Source: Lama guanicoe
Lineage: Eukaryota
Assembly (NCBI GenBank): GCA_013239625.1
Contig: MU054323.1
Span: 12,221,694-12,285,693, forward strand
Length of the DNA stretch: 64,000 nucleotides
Direction of reading: 5' to 3'
In this document: positions 39,020-52,500 of the stretch, in pieces
How the letters are laid out: each line of letters opens with the position of its first letter
Numbering within the stretch: the first letter of the stretch is position 1
Position numbers and translations under genes: made by a program
Notes under the pieces: model-generated
Told to the model about the DNA's origin: nothing
Seen by the model: only the letters and a program-made list of their open reading frames with translations
The model's database searches: none

Positions 39020-39935
39020 CCTTTTTTAAAAAAAAAAGTTTTACTGAGATATAATCGATAGAAAATAAATTGCACATATTTTAGGAGCACAATTTCATAA
39101 GTTTTGTCGTATGTATACACCCATAAACCATCACTGCAATCAGGACAGCAAACATATGGATCACCACAAAGCTTCCTCATGTCCCTTTGGGTTTGTTGTT
39201 GTTTTTATTGAAGTATAGTTGATTTTAAAAACATGGAACGCTTCACAAATTTGTGTCAGCCTTGTGTAGGGGCCATGCTAATCTCTGTATCACTCCAATT
39301 TTAGTACACGTGCTGCCGAAGGGAGCACCATCATGCCCCTTCACAATCCATTCCTTTCCCACTCTACTCTGCTCTTCCACCCTTATCTGTCCCTCCCGTC
39401 TCCAAACTAACCTGATTTCTGGGACAACAGACCTGTTTTCATTTTCTAGAGTGCTATATGAGTGGAATCTTACAGTATACATTTTTGGGGGATTGGTTTC
39501 TTTCACTCAGCATAATTAAGGAGTCATCCTTGTTGCTGACTGCATCCAAAGTTCATTCCTTTTTACTGCTGAGAAGTATTGCATCATATAGATTTGCTAT
39601 CATTTGTTTAACCATTTACCTATTGATGGAAATTTGGGTTGCTTACTACTTGGGACCATAAATAAAGCTGTTTTGAACATCTGTGTACAAATCCGTATAT
39701 GGACATGTATTTCCTTTTCTCTTGGCTTAATTATCTTAGAGTGGAATGGCTGGATCATGTTGTTAATCTATGCTAACATGTTTACTGCCAAATCGTTTCC
39801 AAAGTGATTGTACAATTTTACATTCCCACCAGCAACACTTAAGAGTTCCAGTTTCTCCACATCCTCTCCAACACTTGATATGGTCAATCTTTTTAATTTT
39901 AGACATTCTGATAGGTATGTAGTAGCATCTCACCG
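39020..39935 (-). mobile_element. Old L1 3' end hosting a U6 chimera
   Basis: ttttactgagatataat...aaattgcacata; tacattcccaccagcaa...tggtcaatctttttaatttt. Confidence 0.8.
39227..39328 (-). pseudogene. RNU6: U6 snRNA retropseudogene fused to an L1 3' tail (39191-39226)
   Basis: Minus strand GTGCTCCCTTCGGCAGCAC...TAAAATTGGA...ACAGAGATTAGCATGGCCCC...GTGAAGCGTTCCATGTTTTT, with substitutions and small deletions. Confidence 0.93.
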
Positions 39936-39949
39936 TTCTTCCATTGCTT

Positions 39950-40350
39950 GCTTCACTCTAGTCTCATCTCCTCTCCTGTAATTCTTTTTATTATAGTTCT
40001 TGAACCCACCAAGAAACAGTCCCTCCTCAGGACTTTATACTTACTGCTTCCTCTGCCTGGAATATTCTTCCTCTGGAATCCTTTGCTCAAATGTCATCTC
40101 ATCAGAGAGATTTTTCACGATCACTCCTTATAAAGTAGCATTCATAGACATTTTCCATATTTCATTGTTCCTTTTACCCTGCTTAACTTTCTGCACAAGA
40201 ATAGGCATAAATCTATATTTATTTGTTTAGTGTCTCTCTCTCTCCCCACTAGTACATAAGCTCTATGAGAATGGGGTCTTTATTTGGTTCACTACATATC
40301 CTCAATGCCTTTTGCGGAGTAGGGCATTAATAAAAACTTGTTGAATGAAC
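39950..40350 (+). mobile_element. L2 3' end
   Basis: ctcaggactttatacttactgcttcctctgcctggaat...cataagctctatgagaatgggg...ttgttgaatgaa. Confidence 0.75.
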
Positions 40351-40666
40351 ATACTGAATTAGTGAATAATACGTTTCATATCTAGCTCATAGAGTTGTAA
40401 AAATCAAACGGTATGTAAAAGCTCTTCATAAAGTGCTACACAAATGAGATGCTCCTCTTACAGGAAAGAGATTGTCAAATGATACTGACCTAGCTGTGGA
40501 TTGTTTTCACAAAGCCAAATAAAGAATGCCAACTCAAAAGATCAAAAAGAAATTAGCTATAGCTCTCATATGTAAGCCCTAATATAGAAGCACTGATTAG
40601 GAAATATAAAAGTAAATCATATCTAATATTTTGAGAACATTTATTCCCCATATCAAGAACTAATCA

Positions 40667-40760
40667 GGAAGGAGGGGGGTAGCTCAGTGATAGAGTGTTT
40701 GCTTGGTGTGCACAAGGTCTTGGGTTCAATCCCTAGTGCCTCCATTAAGGAGGAAAAAGA
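40667..40760 (+). mobile_element. tRNA-derived SINE (camelid Vic-1-like)
   Basis: A box tagctcagtgataga, B box gggttcaatccc, end cctcca plus A-rich tail; flanked by aagaac(t/c)a. Confidence 0.75.
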
Positions 40761-42204
40761 AGAACCAGCTTGTCAGTAAGTAAGCTAGCTTTTACATCTT
40801 AAAAAGTTAAATGTTTTGAAATTACCTATTTCCTTTCCAGAGCATTTACAAATCAAAATAGCACAAAAGTCAATTACAGCTCAAAATATGTAAAACAAAA
40901 TTGTTTAATTACTAGAGTTGAGGAGCTAGAATTCACGCCATTAATCTCCACCACTCCTCTTCTCACTTTAAAAGATTTATGAAGCATGAAAATTCTGGAC
41001 AACACAATTTTCTATTAGGGGGATTAAAACCTTACCTCTTGACTTATTTCAGCAACTTACTGATTCCAGTCTTGTGCCAAATAATTGGATGAACTAAGGA
41101 TACCTTGCCTTTTTGAGAATAAGAACTATTTTTCATTTCCTCTGGAGCTTTGAGATCACTGGCTGGGAAAGGAAGAGAATTGATGATGAGACAGAAGTCC
41201 TTCCCATTTCTTCTGCTGCCAGATTTTGTTATTTGAATATTAAAGGTTAAGAACAGTTGAATGAGGTCTTTATTTATTTACATTTTTGTGAGCCTTTAAA
41301 ATTAATTTATTTCATAACAAACAGAACAAAACAGGTGAGGTATACGGTGAAATCTGCTTATGAAATATTCCAATGAGCTACATAGAAATATTGCCCTATT
41401 TCTATAAATTTCTAGCCGTTAGATTTTAGATTTGTCTTAAAACTTAAAAATTGCTAACAAAAGAATGTGCTTTTATCATTTGTGTTGAAAAGAAAATAAG
41501 ACTAGATAAGTGAATATGAAGTATAACATTTTAATTTGAATAAAGCAGTGTCTATGGGATTATTAAGGCTAAAAGATGATACATGTTAGTTTATGAGTCT
41601 ATGAATATTTTAACACATTTTTATTTATTAATAGAAGATAATCAAGAGCTTACAAAAGATGATAGATAAACAGATAGATAGCTATCTTGATAGATAATAA
41701 ACAGATATCCAACTATGCGTTCTTGTACAATCTATAAAGTATGGTGAATATGAGTAAAGTGAAAAGCTAAAAATAAACTGAATAAAACTAATGGTGAAAT
41801 GTTAAATACTTATCAGTTGAGTTCTGTTTCCAGCCCTATGGTATCAACAAAGGTCAGTAAAATTCATCTTTGTACAGTACATTTTTTAAATGCTGAAATA
41901 TACATAACTCATGGCTGAGCTGAAAGAAGAGTGAGTGGATATTGAAAGGGCAGAAATAACAATACAGTGAGGTAGCCCTAGACTCATACTTATCCTGCAA
42001 AAAAAGCTGGAACAGCTTTCCAATTTCAGCCCTGAAATACAATGCTTCTAAGTCATCATTCCTTTCTTTAACAAAGTTTTCTCAGTGGGAAATTTTAAAC
42101 TAGGAGATAAGTAATGGAGGTAATCTTTGTTGCTTATAGAAGTCTGGTCTTGTCCTTGCCCAAGAGATTTTTGTAAATGCAGCCACAAAAAGGAGATCAT
42201 GCAA

Positions 42205-45200
42205 ATTAACATTAGTTAAAAATAATTAAGAGACAAGTGAAAACAAAAACATAACATATCAAAACTTAAGAGGTACATCAAAAGTGGCGCTAAGGGGGAT
42301 ATTTAAAGCTACAATCATTTACATTAAAATCGAGAGATCTCTAATCAACAAGCTAACTTCACAAATTCAAGAACACACAAAACCCAAAGCTTGCAGAAGG
42401 AAGGAAATAATAGATTAGAGCAGAGATAAAGAAAACTGAGACTAGAAAGATAACATAAAATCAATAAAAACAAAAATTGTTTTTTCAAAAATATCAATAA
42501 AATTGATAAATCTTTAGCTGCATGGACTAAGATAAAGAAAAAAGACTCAAATTACTTTAAAAAAAGTTGGGACATTAATACCAATTCTACAGCAATTAAA
42601 AGGATTATAGGCAGTTTGGGTTCAAGACAGTGATGTACGAAGACCTTGAACTCACGTCTTCCCATAGACACACTGAATCTACAGTTACATATAGAAAAAA
42701 TCCCACTATAAACTAGCTAAGCAATACCTACACATCAGGGAAACAGAAAAAACCCACACTGAGCATGTTGCTGGTATCACCTGGAAAGGAATCTGTTTAA
42801 TGAACTGGCACCCTGATTTTTATGACTGCAGGCCAAGAGACATCTTTTTATCATCTGGCTCTGATGGCCAGCAAGACTTATACTTGTCCACAGGACTACG
42901 CATATTTGCAAACTTTAAAAGCTGCTGAGGTCTGGCTTTCAATCAGCCTGCATCTAGGTGTTGACTGAGAATCTTCCCTTTAGGACACTGACAGGTTTTG
43001 GCACACCCTCAACTGAGATCTACTAAAATAAAACAGGCAAAATGGATAATTACAAAGGTTTGAGGGACAATAAGGAGCTTGGGCAGGACTGAACAATAAG
43101 GTTAATATACACAAGGCCACTCCATCAAGATTGGAAATGGATAAATTCCTAGAAACATACAACCTACAAGACTGAATCATGAAGAAATAGAATATCTAAA
43201 TAGATAAATTACTAGTAAGGAGCTTGAATCAGTAATCAAAAACCTCCCAAAACACAAAAGTCTAAGACCAGATGGCTTCACTGGTGAAATCTACCAAACA
43301 TTTAAAGAAAATTTAATACCAATCATTCTTTAACTCTTAAAAAAATAAAAGAGGAGGAAGCACTTCCAAACTAATTTTACAAGGCCAGCATTACTCTGTT
43401 ACCAAAACCAGACAAGGATGCCAAAAACAAAAGAAAATCACAGGTCAATGTCCCTGATGAACATAGATGCAAAAATCTTGAACAAAACATTTAGCAAACC
43501 TAATTCAACAATACATTAAAAAAGTCACATACCAGAAAAAGAAAGAAAGGAAGGAAGGAAGGGAGGGAGGGAGGGAGGGAGGGAGGAAGGAAGGAAGGAA
43601 GGAAGGGAGAAAGCAAGCAAGCAAGCAAGCAAACAAATACAAAGCAGAAACAGACTCATAGACATAGAATACAAACTTGAGGTTGCCAGGGGGACGGGAG
43701 GTTGGAAGGGACTGGGATTTCAAAACATAGAATAGATAAACAAGATTGTACTGTGTAGCACAGGGAAATATATACAGGATCTTGTAGTGGCTCACAGTGA
43801 AAGAGAATGTTACAATGAATGTATGTATGTTCGTGTATAACTTAAAAATTGTGCTGTACACTGGAATTTGAAACGGGAGGTTGGAAGGGACTGGGATTTC
43901 AAAACATAGAATAGATAAACAAGATTGTACTGTGTAGCACAGGGAAATATATACAGGATCTTGTAGTGGCTCACAGTGAAAGAGAATGTTACAATGAATG
44001 TATGTATGTTCGTGTATAACTTAAAAATTGTGCTGTACACTGGAATTTGACACAACATTGTAAAATGACTATAACTCAATAAAAAATATGTTTTTAAAAA
44101 ATTCAACATCCATTTATGATAAAAACTCTCAACAAAGAGGGTGTAGAACAAATGTATGGGGGGGGGTGTATACACGTATCTCCCAAGTTCATGGATCACA
44201 AGAGTTAATATTGTTAAAATGTTCACACTACCCTAAGCAATCAATAGATTCAATGCAATCTCTATCAAAACTCCAATGACACTTTTTACAGAAATAGAAA
44301 TCCTAAAATTCATATGAAACCATGAAAGACCCTAATAGCCAAATTAATCTTGAGAAGGAAGAACAAGGCTGGAGGTATCACACTTCCTGCTTCCAAACTA
44401 TACTACAAAGCTATAGTAATCAAAATAGTATGGTACTGGCAAAAAAAATTAGACCAATGGAACAGAATAAAACACCCAAAAATAAACTCCTTCATATATG
44501 GTCAACTAATATTGGGAGCCAACAGGGAAGCCAAGAATATTCAATGAGGAAAAGACAGTCTCTTAATAAATGGTGCTAGGTAACTGGACAACCACATGTA
44601 GAAAAATGAAATTGGAGTCCTTATGCCTCTCACAAAAATTAGCTCAAAATGGATTAAAGACTTAAAATAAGACCTGAAACCATAAACTCCTGGAAGAAAA
44701 CAGTCTGTAAGGTCCTTGACATCAGGCTTCGTGATGACTTTTGGATCTGACTCCAAAAGCAAAGGCAACAAAAGCAAAAATTAAAAAGTGGGACTAAATC
44801 AAACTAAAAAGCTTCTGTGCAGCAAAGGGAATCACCAACAAAATGAAAAGGCAAACTACTAAATGGGAGGAAATATTTGCAAATCACATATCTGATAAGG
44901 GACTAATACCCAAAATATATATAGAACTCATACAACTCAATAGAAAAAAAATCTAATTTAAAAATGGGCAGAACTGAATAGACATTTCTCCAAAGGCATA
45001 CAAATGGCCAAGAGATACATGAAAAGATGCTCAATGTCATTAATCATCAGAGAAATGCAACCAAAACTACAAAGAGATATCACCTCACACCTGTTTGAAT
45101 GGCTATCATCAGAAAGATGAGATAACAAGTGTTGGTGAGGATGTGGTTGGAAAAGGTAATATTTGTGTACTGTTGTTCGGAATGTAAACTGGTTCAGCCA

Positions 45201-45965
45201 TTATGGAAAATAGTATGGAGGGTCCTCAAGAAATTAAAAATACATAAGATGCAGCAATCCCAATTCTAGGTATCCAAAGGAAATAAAAACAAGGTATTAA
45301 AAAGATATCTGCAACCCATGTTAATTGCAGCATTATTTACAATAACCAACACATGGAAACACCTGTTCCCGTCAATGGATAAAGATGTGGGGTGTGTGTT
45401 TGTGTGTGTGTATGAAATTATATTTCATATATATATTTCACATATATATGAAATATTCAGCCAAGAGACAGAAGGAAATCTTGTCACTTGCAACAACATG
45501 GATGGACCTTGAGGGCATTATGCTAAGTGAAATAAGCCAGAGAGAGAAAGACAAATAATTATGATACCACTTTTATGTGGAATGCTAAAAAGCCAAGCAC
45601 ATAGAAACAGAGAATAAGTTAGTGGTTGACAGTGGCTGCAGTGGGTGGGGATTGGGAAGATGTTGGTCAAAGGGTACAAACTTGCAGTTAGAAAATTAGT
45701 TCTGGAGATCTAATGCACAGCATTGTGATTATAGTCAACAATGCTGTATTGTATACTTCAAAGTTGTTAAGAGGCTAGAGCTTAAATGTTCTCATCACAC
45801 ACACACACACACACACACAAAGATAATTATGTAATGTGATGGAGGTGTTAGCTAACATTATGGTGATAATCATATTGCAATATTTGAATGTATCAAATCA
45901 GCCTGTTGTACACCTTAAACAAACAATGTTACTTGTCAATTATATCTCAATTTGAAAAAAAAAAT
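42205..45965 (+). mobile_element. Older L1 composite: ORF2 piece, then 5'UTR piece (42611-43130) joined to ORF2 and 3' end
   Basis: gaaatggataaattcctagaaac ORF2; [15 protein letters not shown] remnants; 3' end tgtcaattatatctcaat plus A tail. Confidence 0.8.
43534..44095 (+). mobile_element. Young L1 3'UTR insertion with a leading purine-rich microsatellite and an internal 178-bp duplication
   Basis: cagactcatagacatagaatacaaac...actcaataaaaaa family 3'UTR; (GGAA/GGGA/GCAA)n at 43535-43635. Confidence 0.85.
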
Positions 45966-46689
45966 TCTAGGTCAACTCTTCCCCCATGTCTCCTTCCATT
46001 TGTTTCTTAATATTTGCTAAATGTACAGAATAATAAGAATGCCTTGCATTTCAGTAAGGTTCTTTAAAAAATATTTATATTTCAAATGTCATTCTGATGA
46101 CCTTGTGTAGTCGGTAAGACAGAGATGATCATTATTTACATTGCTAATAAGTAGTAAATGCAGGATTCAAACACAGTTCTTCCTTGAAAATTACTCCAAG
46201 ACTTGAAGCCTAGAGATGAGAAAAATGCTAGCATCCTAGACAAAGATGAGATTATTTTAAGTTTCTGCTTTGCTGAGTTTATGGAGATAGCAGGGGTCAA
46301 ATGAGATAGGCAGCTCTCACTTTCAACAGCTTGCCAGTCTGAAAGATAACTGATGCACAGTGGTCTAAGCTAATACACTGTTACATCCTTCTTTTGCAGC
46401 TTTATGTCTAAATTTTCCAGGTTGGCTTAAGTATCTATTTCAAGACAGTTCAACTTGGATAACCTCAAAATAAAATCAGAGTAGGCATTTTGTGTACATG
46501 ACTACTTGAAGCACAATGCTGACACCTAGTGTATTGACTGTTTTTTTCTTTCATTCTTTTTATTTTCCCTTTCTTTTGCCCCTCCTTCCTACTTTTTCCT
46601 TCCTTCTTTCCTCCCCTCCTCCCTTCCTGCCTGCCTGCCTGCCTGCCTTGCTCCCTACCTGCCTCCTTCCCTCCCTCCAAGAATGGCTA

Positions 46690-46930
46690 TTAGGATATAG
46701 CTCAGTATTAGTAAATATTTATTGAAAACTTACATGTCAAGTATTGTGCTAAGCATTTTAAACATTTATTTTCATCAACTACAAATAATTCTATATCTTC
46801 ATCCCTAGTTCACACACCAAAAAAGGGGGGGGAGGGTTAAAAATTTAACTATATATGTTATCACTGCAAAAGTTAAAATTCAAATGCAGGTATCTGACTC
46901 TGAAGCTGGAGCACTCAATCACTGCCTTTA
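46690..46930 (-). mobile_element. MIR SINE
   Basis: atttattgaaaacttacatgtcaagtattgtgctaagc...attcaaatgcaggtatctgactc. Confidence 0.6.
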
Positions 46931-48687
46931 AAGGATTTTCTAAAATAGATTGATTGGATGGTTAAGTTAGTTTATATGTTATTCACTTGGAGTACATGTT
47001 GACACAGACGTCCTTCAAGACTATTAAGGTAGAAAATATGACAAATCTTAGGTGAGCAACTTTGAGCCAGTCCTCGTCGTGATTTAATGTCTCTTTCTAT
47101 GACAGGATGTCAGCCCTAGAATCCTCCTGGTCTTTGCCCTTTCATTCTCCCTCTGAGGGCATAAGAAGAGTCTTGCAGGTAGGTTTCGGTTACCTCTGGT
47201 TTTTCAAAATGGACAGCACTTAGCCCATGAGCAATATACATTACAGTGTAGTTCCTTTTAGGGAGAGTCTACCTTTCCTCAAGTTAACTTGCTGCCTCTT
47301 CTAGACTGGGTGCTGCAAGCAGCCAGAGCATATGCCTTTCTCATTTTTTAAGGCAAAAAAACTTGGCATTTAGTGAGTACTCTATAATAACGTACTAAGT
47401 ACATTAACGAAAGGCTGAGAATGTTATTTCTTTTCTAAAGCTATTTTCTTTGCACCTTTTGTTTAGAATATGCAGTTACTTGAGTTCAGTTGCTTGGTGC
47501 CTGGTGCTAAGACTGCAGTTGTGAGTACTATCGACCCCAAATGAGGTGCTTAGCTTCTCTCAGTGAGAAAACATGGTCCCTAGGGCATGACAGTGACTCT
47601 TTCAAGAAGAAATTCTATGTCCCTTTCCCTTCTCCTTCCTCACAATTCCAATATTAAGATGCATCAACTGTTTTAATACAGTGGGAACAAAATGGTTAGA
47701 GACAGAAGTAATAGGCAGTGTCAGGCTTTCCAGTTTCTTTGATCAAGCATGACTTGGCTGCTTCCAGGGCTTCCCTTTTAATTTTCTTGGATCAGCCTGC
47801 AATTAAATCTTTGTATTTAAATCTTTATAATAAAACCCAAAAAGAATTCGTCAAGATACTTTCAGACTAGCGTTTCTAGACTAGTTTTTACTCCCCATTT
47901 CCAGGGTCTAGTACACAAAGGATTCTCAATGAAAGTTTGTATCAAATAAAATAATAATTGATCAAATATTCTGCATATGCCAGTTCCTTGCCTACCACAG
48001 CACACACACTATCTCATTTCACAATATTAAAAGGAAACTATTATTACTGTTTCAATTTTACAGATTAGGAAACACCATAAAAGAAATTAAGTAATTCATC
48101 CAAGGTTAGACTCCAGATTAATATTTGACTCAAAAACCAACAATTTACAACAATGATTCCCAAGTCCCAAAATGAGCTTTCTTTGCCTCTTTTGGTTGAA
48201 AAAAAGCAAGTCTTTCCTAACTGTCAGGCCTGGACTTCAGTTTGAAACTGTTCTCCAAACATCTACCTGAAGCAAGTCATGTTGTACTTTTAGACTCTTC
48301 TCAAAAATATCCTCTACTCTGGATGCCAAGCATCATGCAATCTCTTTTCTAGGAAACTCTGCAATAAATTCATTAAAATAAAATTTTGTGATTAATGACT
48401 GTCATAAACAAGATGTAAAGGGCCTTTACAGTGAAGTAGAAATTTTGAGTTGATTTACTACCATTAATATTTCTACAAAAGTTGGACAAGTCCATATTCA
48501 GCAATATGAATATTCAGCAATATTTCCTTTTATAGGAAATCAGATTCATTTATATCACTGACTTACAACCTATTTCAGGAAAATATACTCTTGTGTATGA
48601 AAACTGTAGATGTTAAGGATATCTAATATCTGATACAGTAACATTAATTTCCTCACATTCCCAATTGTATACATTTTGTAATCCCTT

Positions 48688-48865
48688 CAGTAGTTCTCAA
48701 ACATCAATGTATAAATTCTGATGGGAAGATTGCTAAGAGTTAGGATTCCCAGACCATCCTCAGAGAATTCTAATTCAATGGCTCTGGTTTGGAGCCTAGA
48801 AACATATAATTTTAATAAACACCCAAGCTAATTCTGATGCGAGTCATCTTTGAACCACATGTCAA
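48688..48865. mobile_element. MER5-family DNA transposon
   Basis: cagtagttctcaaac...cagagaattctaattcaatggctctggtttggagccta...taattctgatgc. Confidence 0.65.
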
Positions 48866-49134
48866 AAATTTCAATTCAATGTTTGAAATTTTAAAATTTC
48901 AAGTAAATATTTGAATAATATTCTGCATTAGTAAGTGAAAGAATATGAACAAGATGTAAATATTTAGGAAAACTACATGCATCACTAACTACCCTCTGAG
49001 ATGGAAGACTTTGGTCACCTTGTTCAGTCTTTTGAAAGACTTGTCTATGCTGTTACCCAGCCAGATAGTTAAGAGTTTGTAGTTCCCCAAAACTTGAAAA
49101 GAACAATGGCATAATTACTTGTAAGTAACATATT

Positions 49135-49410
49135 TGTCAAATGATAAAACTTACAGTTATAAGATGAGTAAGTTCTGGGGATCTAATGTATAGCATGGTG
49201 ATTACAGTTGCTAACAGTGTATTACATACTTAGAAGTTGCTAAGGAATTAGATCCTAAACGTTCTCACCACAAGATAATTATATGAAATGATGGATGTGT
49301 TAATTAACCTTATTGTGGTATCATTTTATAACATATACATGTGTCAAATCATCATGTTGTATACCTTAAACTTACAGAATGTTGTATGTCAATTACATAG
49401 AAAGCAAGCT
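49135..49410 (+). mobile_element. L1MA-type 3' end
   Basis: ataagatgagtaagttctggggatctaatgtatagcatggtg...tgttgtatgtcaattac. Confidence 0.8.
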
Positions 49411-49504
49411 AGGGGGAAAAACTCTGCTTGGATGTTGACTGAAAATTCACTGATCCAATATATAAATTTTGTTATAATTAACATCTTAATAATGGTGAGA
49501 CTTT

Positions 49505-52500
49505 TAATTCAGTAACATGGTATATGTATCTCCATGAGCTTCAATCTTAGTTTCACTAAGCGATATTGTGGATTTTTCAGTGTACAGGTAAGGTAGTATT
49601 TTTTTAAGTTTACTTCTAAGTGTTTTATAGTTTAATACTGCTTTGAATAATATTAATTTCAATTTCCAATCATTAATTACAAGTACACAGAAATAAAATT
49701 TTTTTTCACAGAAATAAAATTGAACATTGTATATTGACTTTGAATTCTGCAAGCTGGTTAAATTTATTTATTATTTCCAGGGGCTTTTTTTTTTTTTCTC
49801 AAGATTTTTAAGGATTTTCTAGACAATCATACAATTCACATAGAAAGCCAATTTCATTCTTTCCTTTGAAATCTGTATGCTTTTTTATTTGCTTTTTTGT
49901 GTCTTACTGAATTGTTGAAAACCTTCAGTAGGAAGATGAACAAAAATAATTAGAGCAGACATCCTTGACTTTCCTATTCTTGGGGGAAAGTATTCAGTTT
50001 TTCACCATCAAGTATGATGTCAGTTGTAGGTTTACCGTAGACATCCTTTATCAGGCTGAAGAAGTTCTCTTGTATTCTTAGTTCACAGATGATTTTGACC
50101 TTAAATGGGTGTCAGATGGGTTTTCCACACATACGGAGATGTTCATATGATTTTCTTTATTCTATTAATACCACGAATTAAATTGACTGATTCTTTAAAT
50201 TGAGTTATAGTTAACATACAGTATTATATTGGTTTCAGTATTATATTGGTTTCAGGTGTACAATATACTGACTCGATATTTTTATATAGCGTGAGATGAT
50301 CAGTACAGTAAGATCAGTTACCACTTGTCACCATACAAAGTTGTTACAATATGATTGCCTGTATTCTCCATGTGTACATCACTGTAACATTGACCTTACA
50401 GCTTGAAGTTTGTACTTAACCCCCTTCACCTTTCATCCATTCCTCCACCTGCCTCCTTTCCAGCAACCACCAGTCTGTTCTCTGTATCTTGAGTCTTTTT
50501 CTGTTTTGTTTGTTCAATTATTTTTTTAGATTCCACTTATAAGTTAAATCACAGAATATTTATTTTTCTCTGATTGGCTGATTCTTAAATGTTAACTAAG
50601 TTTGTATTCCTGAGATAAAACACACCCAGCCACCATGATGCTATCATGTCTTCATACATTGTTGAATTCAGTTTGCTAAAATTTTCTTAAGAATTTTTGC
50701 ATCAGTGTTCATGAGGGATATTGGGCTATAGTTTTTCTTGTAATAAGTTTTTCTGAATTTTTGTTTGGTTGTGTTTTGGTTTTGTTTGGTATCAGGGTAA
50801 TGCTGGACTCATATAATTTGGGAAATATTCCCTAATGTTCCATTTCTTGAGTTTAAAACACGTGTTGTTTCTTTCCCAAGTGCTCAGTAGAATTTACCAG
50901 TGAAGTCACCTAAGCCAGAAATATTCTTGGTGGGAAGTGTTTAACTGTAATTCCTTTAAAGGATAAGACTAATTTTTAGTTATCTAGTTTCTTGAGCAAG
51001 CTTTGGCAGTTGTGTCTTTCAAAGAACTGTCCTTTTCACCTAAGTTGTCAAATTTACTGGAAAGAAACTATTCATACTATTTCTTTATTTTAGCATCTGT
51101 AGATCTGTAATGATGTCCCCTCTTAAATTCTTGTTATTAATTATTTGTGTTTCCACTCTTCTGACCTACTTGGATAGAAATTATATTGTTCTTTCACAAA
51201 ATCAGTTTTGAGTCCATTTATTTTTGTTTGTTTTCTGTATCATTGAGTTCTGCTCTTATCTTTGCTTTTCATCTTTATACTTTGGGTTTCTTTGCTCTTC
51301 CTTTTCTAGTTTCTAAAAGTGGAAGGTTAGATTATTAACTTGAGATCTCTTCTATTTTCCAAAATGAGAATTAAAATTTTTCTCTAAACACTGCTTTAGC
51401 TAGATGCCATAAATTTTGCCTTTTCATTCAGCCCAAAATACTTCTTCCATGACTTATTATTTAAAAGTAAGTTGTTTAATCTTCCAATATTTGAAGTTGG
51501 TCCAGACAACTCTATTTAGCTTAATTCTGCTGTGATGGGGGAAAAAAAAGCTTTGAATGATTTCAACCTTCTTAAACTTACTGAGATTTGTTCTATGGCC
51601 TAGCATATGACATATTTTGGTAAATGTTCCATGTGAGTTTCAAAGAAAGTATATTCTGCTACTGTCAGGTGAGGTGATCTTTAAATGTCAATTAGATTAA
51701 GTTGGTTAACAGTACTGTCCAAGTCTTCTATATCCTTACCGACCTCTCAACTCATTCCATCAATTATGAAAAAGATCTTCTGAAGTAGCCAACTATGATT
51801 GTGGATGTCTAGCTCCCCTTTCCATTCTATCAGCTTGTGATTTATATATTTTGAAGCTTTATATTAAGAGTTAAGATTCTTATTTCCTCTTGATGAATTA
51901 ACCAGTCTGTCATAATTAAATGTCCCTCATTATCCATAGTAAAATTTGTTATTCTGAAGTATACTTTATGTGACTAACACAGCCACTCCAGTTTTGGATT
52001 ACTGTTTGCATATGACTGGGTCTTGCTTTTTTAACCAACCTGACAATATCACCTTTTAGTTGTGGTGTTTAGACCACTTTCCTTTAATATAATTATTCAT
52101 ATGGTTAAATTAAAACCTACTTTTTTCATAGTTGTTTCTATTTGTCTCATGTGTTCTTTGTTCCTTTCTTCTTTAGCTTTTCCTGACTTATTTTGGGTTA
52201 AGGTTGGTTTGTTTGTTTGTTTTTAATAATCCTATTTTATTTCCACTATTGGTTAATTAGCTGTATTTCTTTATTTTGTTATTTTACCTTAGTAATTGCT
52301 AAAGTTTACAACATATAGTCAGTCTTCAAATAATATTTGAATACTACTACTTCACATATACTGTAAGAACCTAATAAAATGCGTACTTTCCATCCCCCAT
52401 TCCCACACTTCGTGATAGCACTTTTAGACATTTTACTTCTACATATGCTATAAACCTCACATGCATTATGGCAGGGAAGGGATACAAGGGAACTCTGTAC

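Noticed and set aside
39227..39328. Functional U6 snRNA gene
   Set aside because: Many substitutions, two small deletions, an L1 tail and TSDs; the upstream sequence is old L1 rather than a U6 promoter
40667..40746. Genuine tRNA gene
   Set aside because: Degenerate stems, A-rich tail and flanking direct repeat indicate a SINE
43505..44226. Paired similar minus-strand ORFs (118 and 138 aa)
   Set aside because: Antisense translation of a duplicated L1 3'UTR plus microsatellite
46465..46725. Charged and hydrophobic low-complexity ORFs
   Set aside because: Translation of a (CCTT/CCTG)n simple repeat
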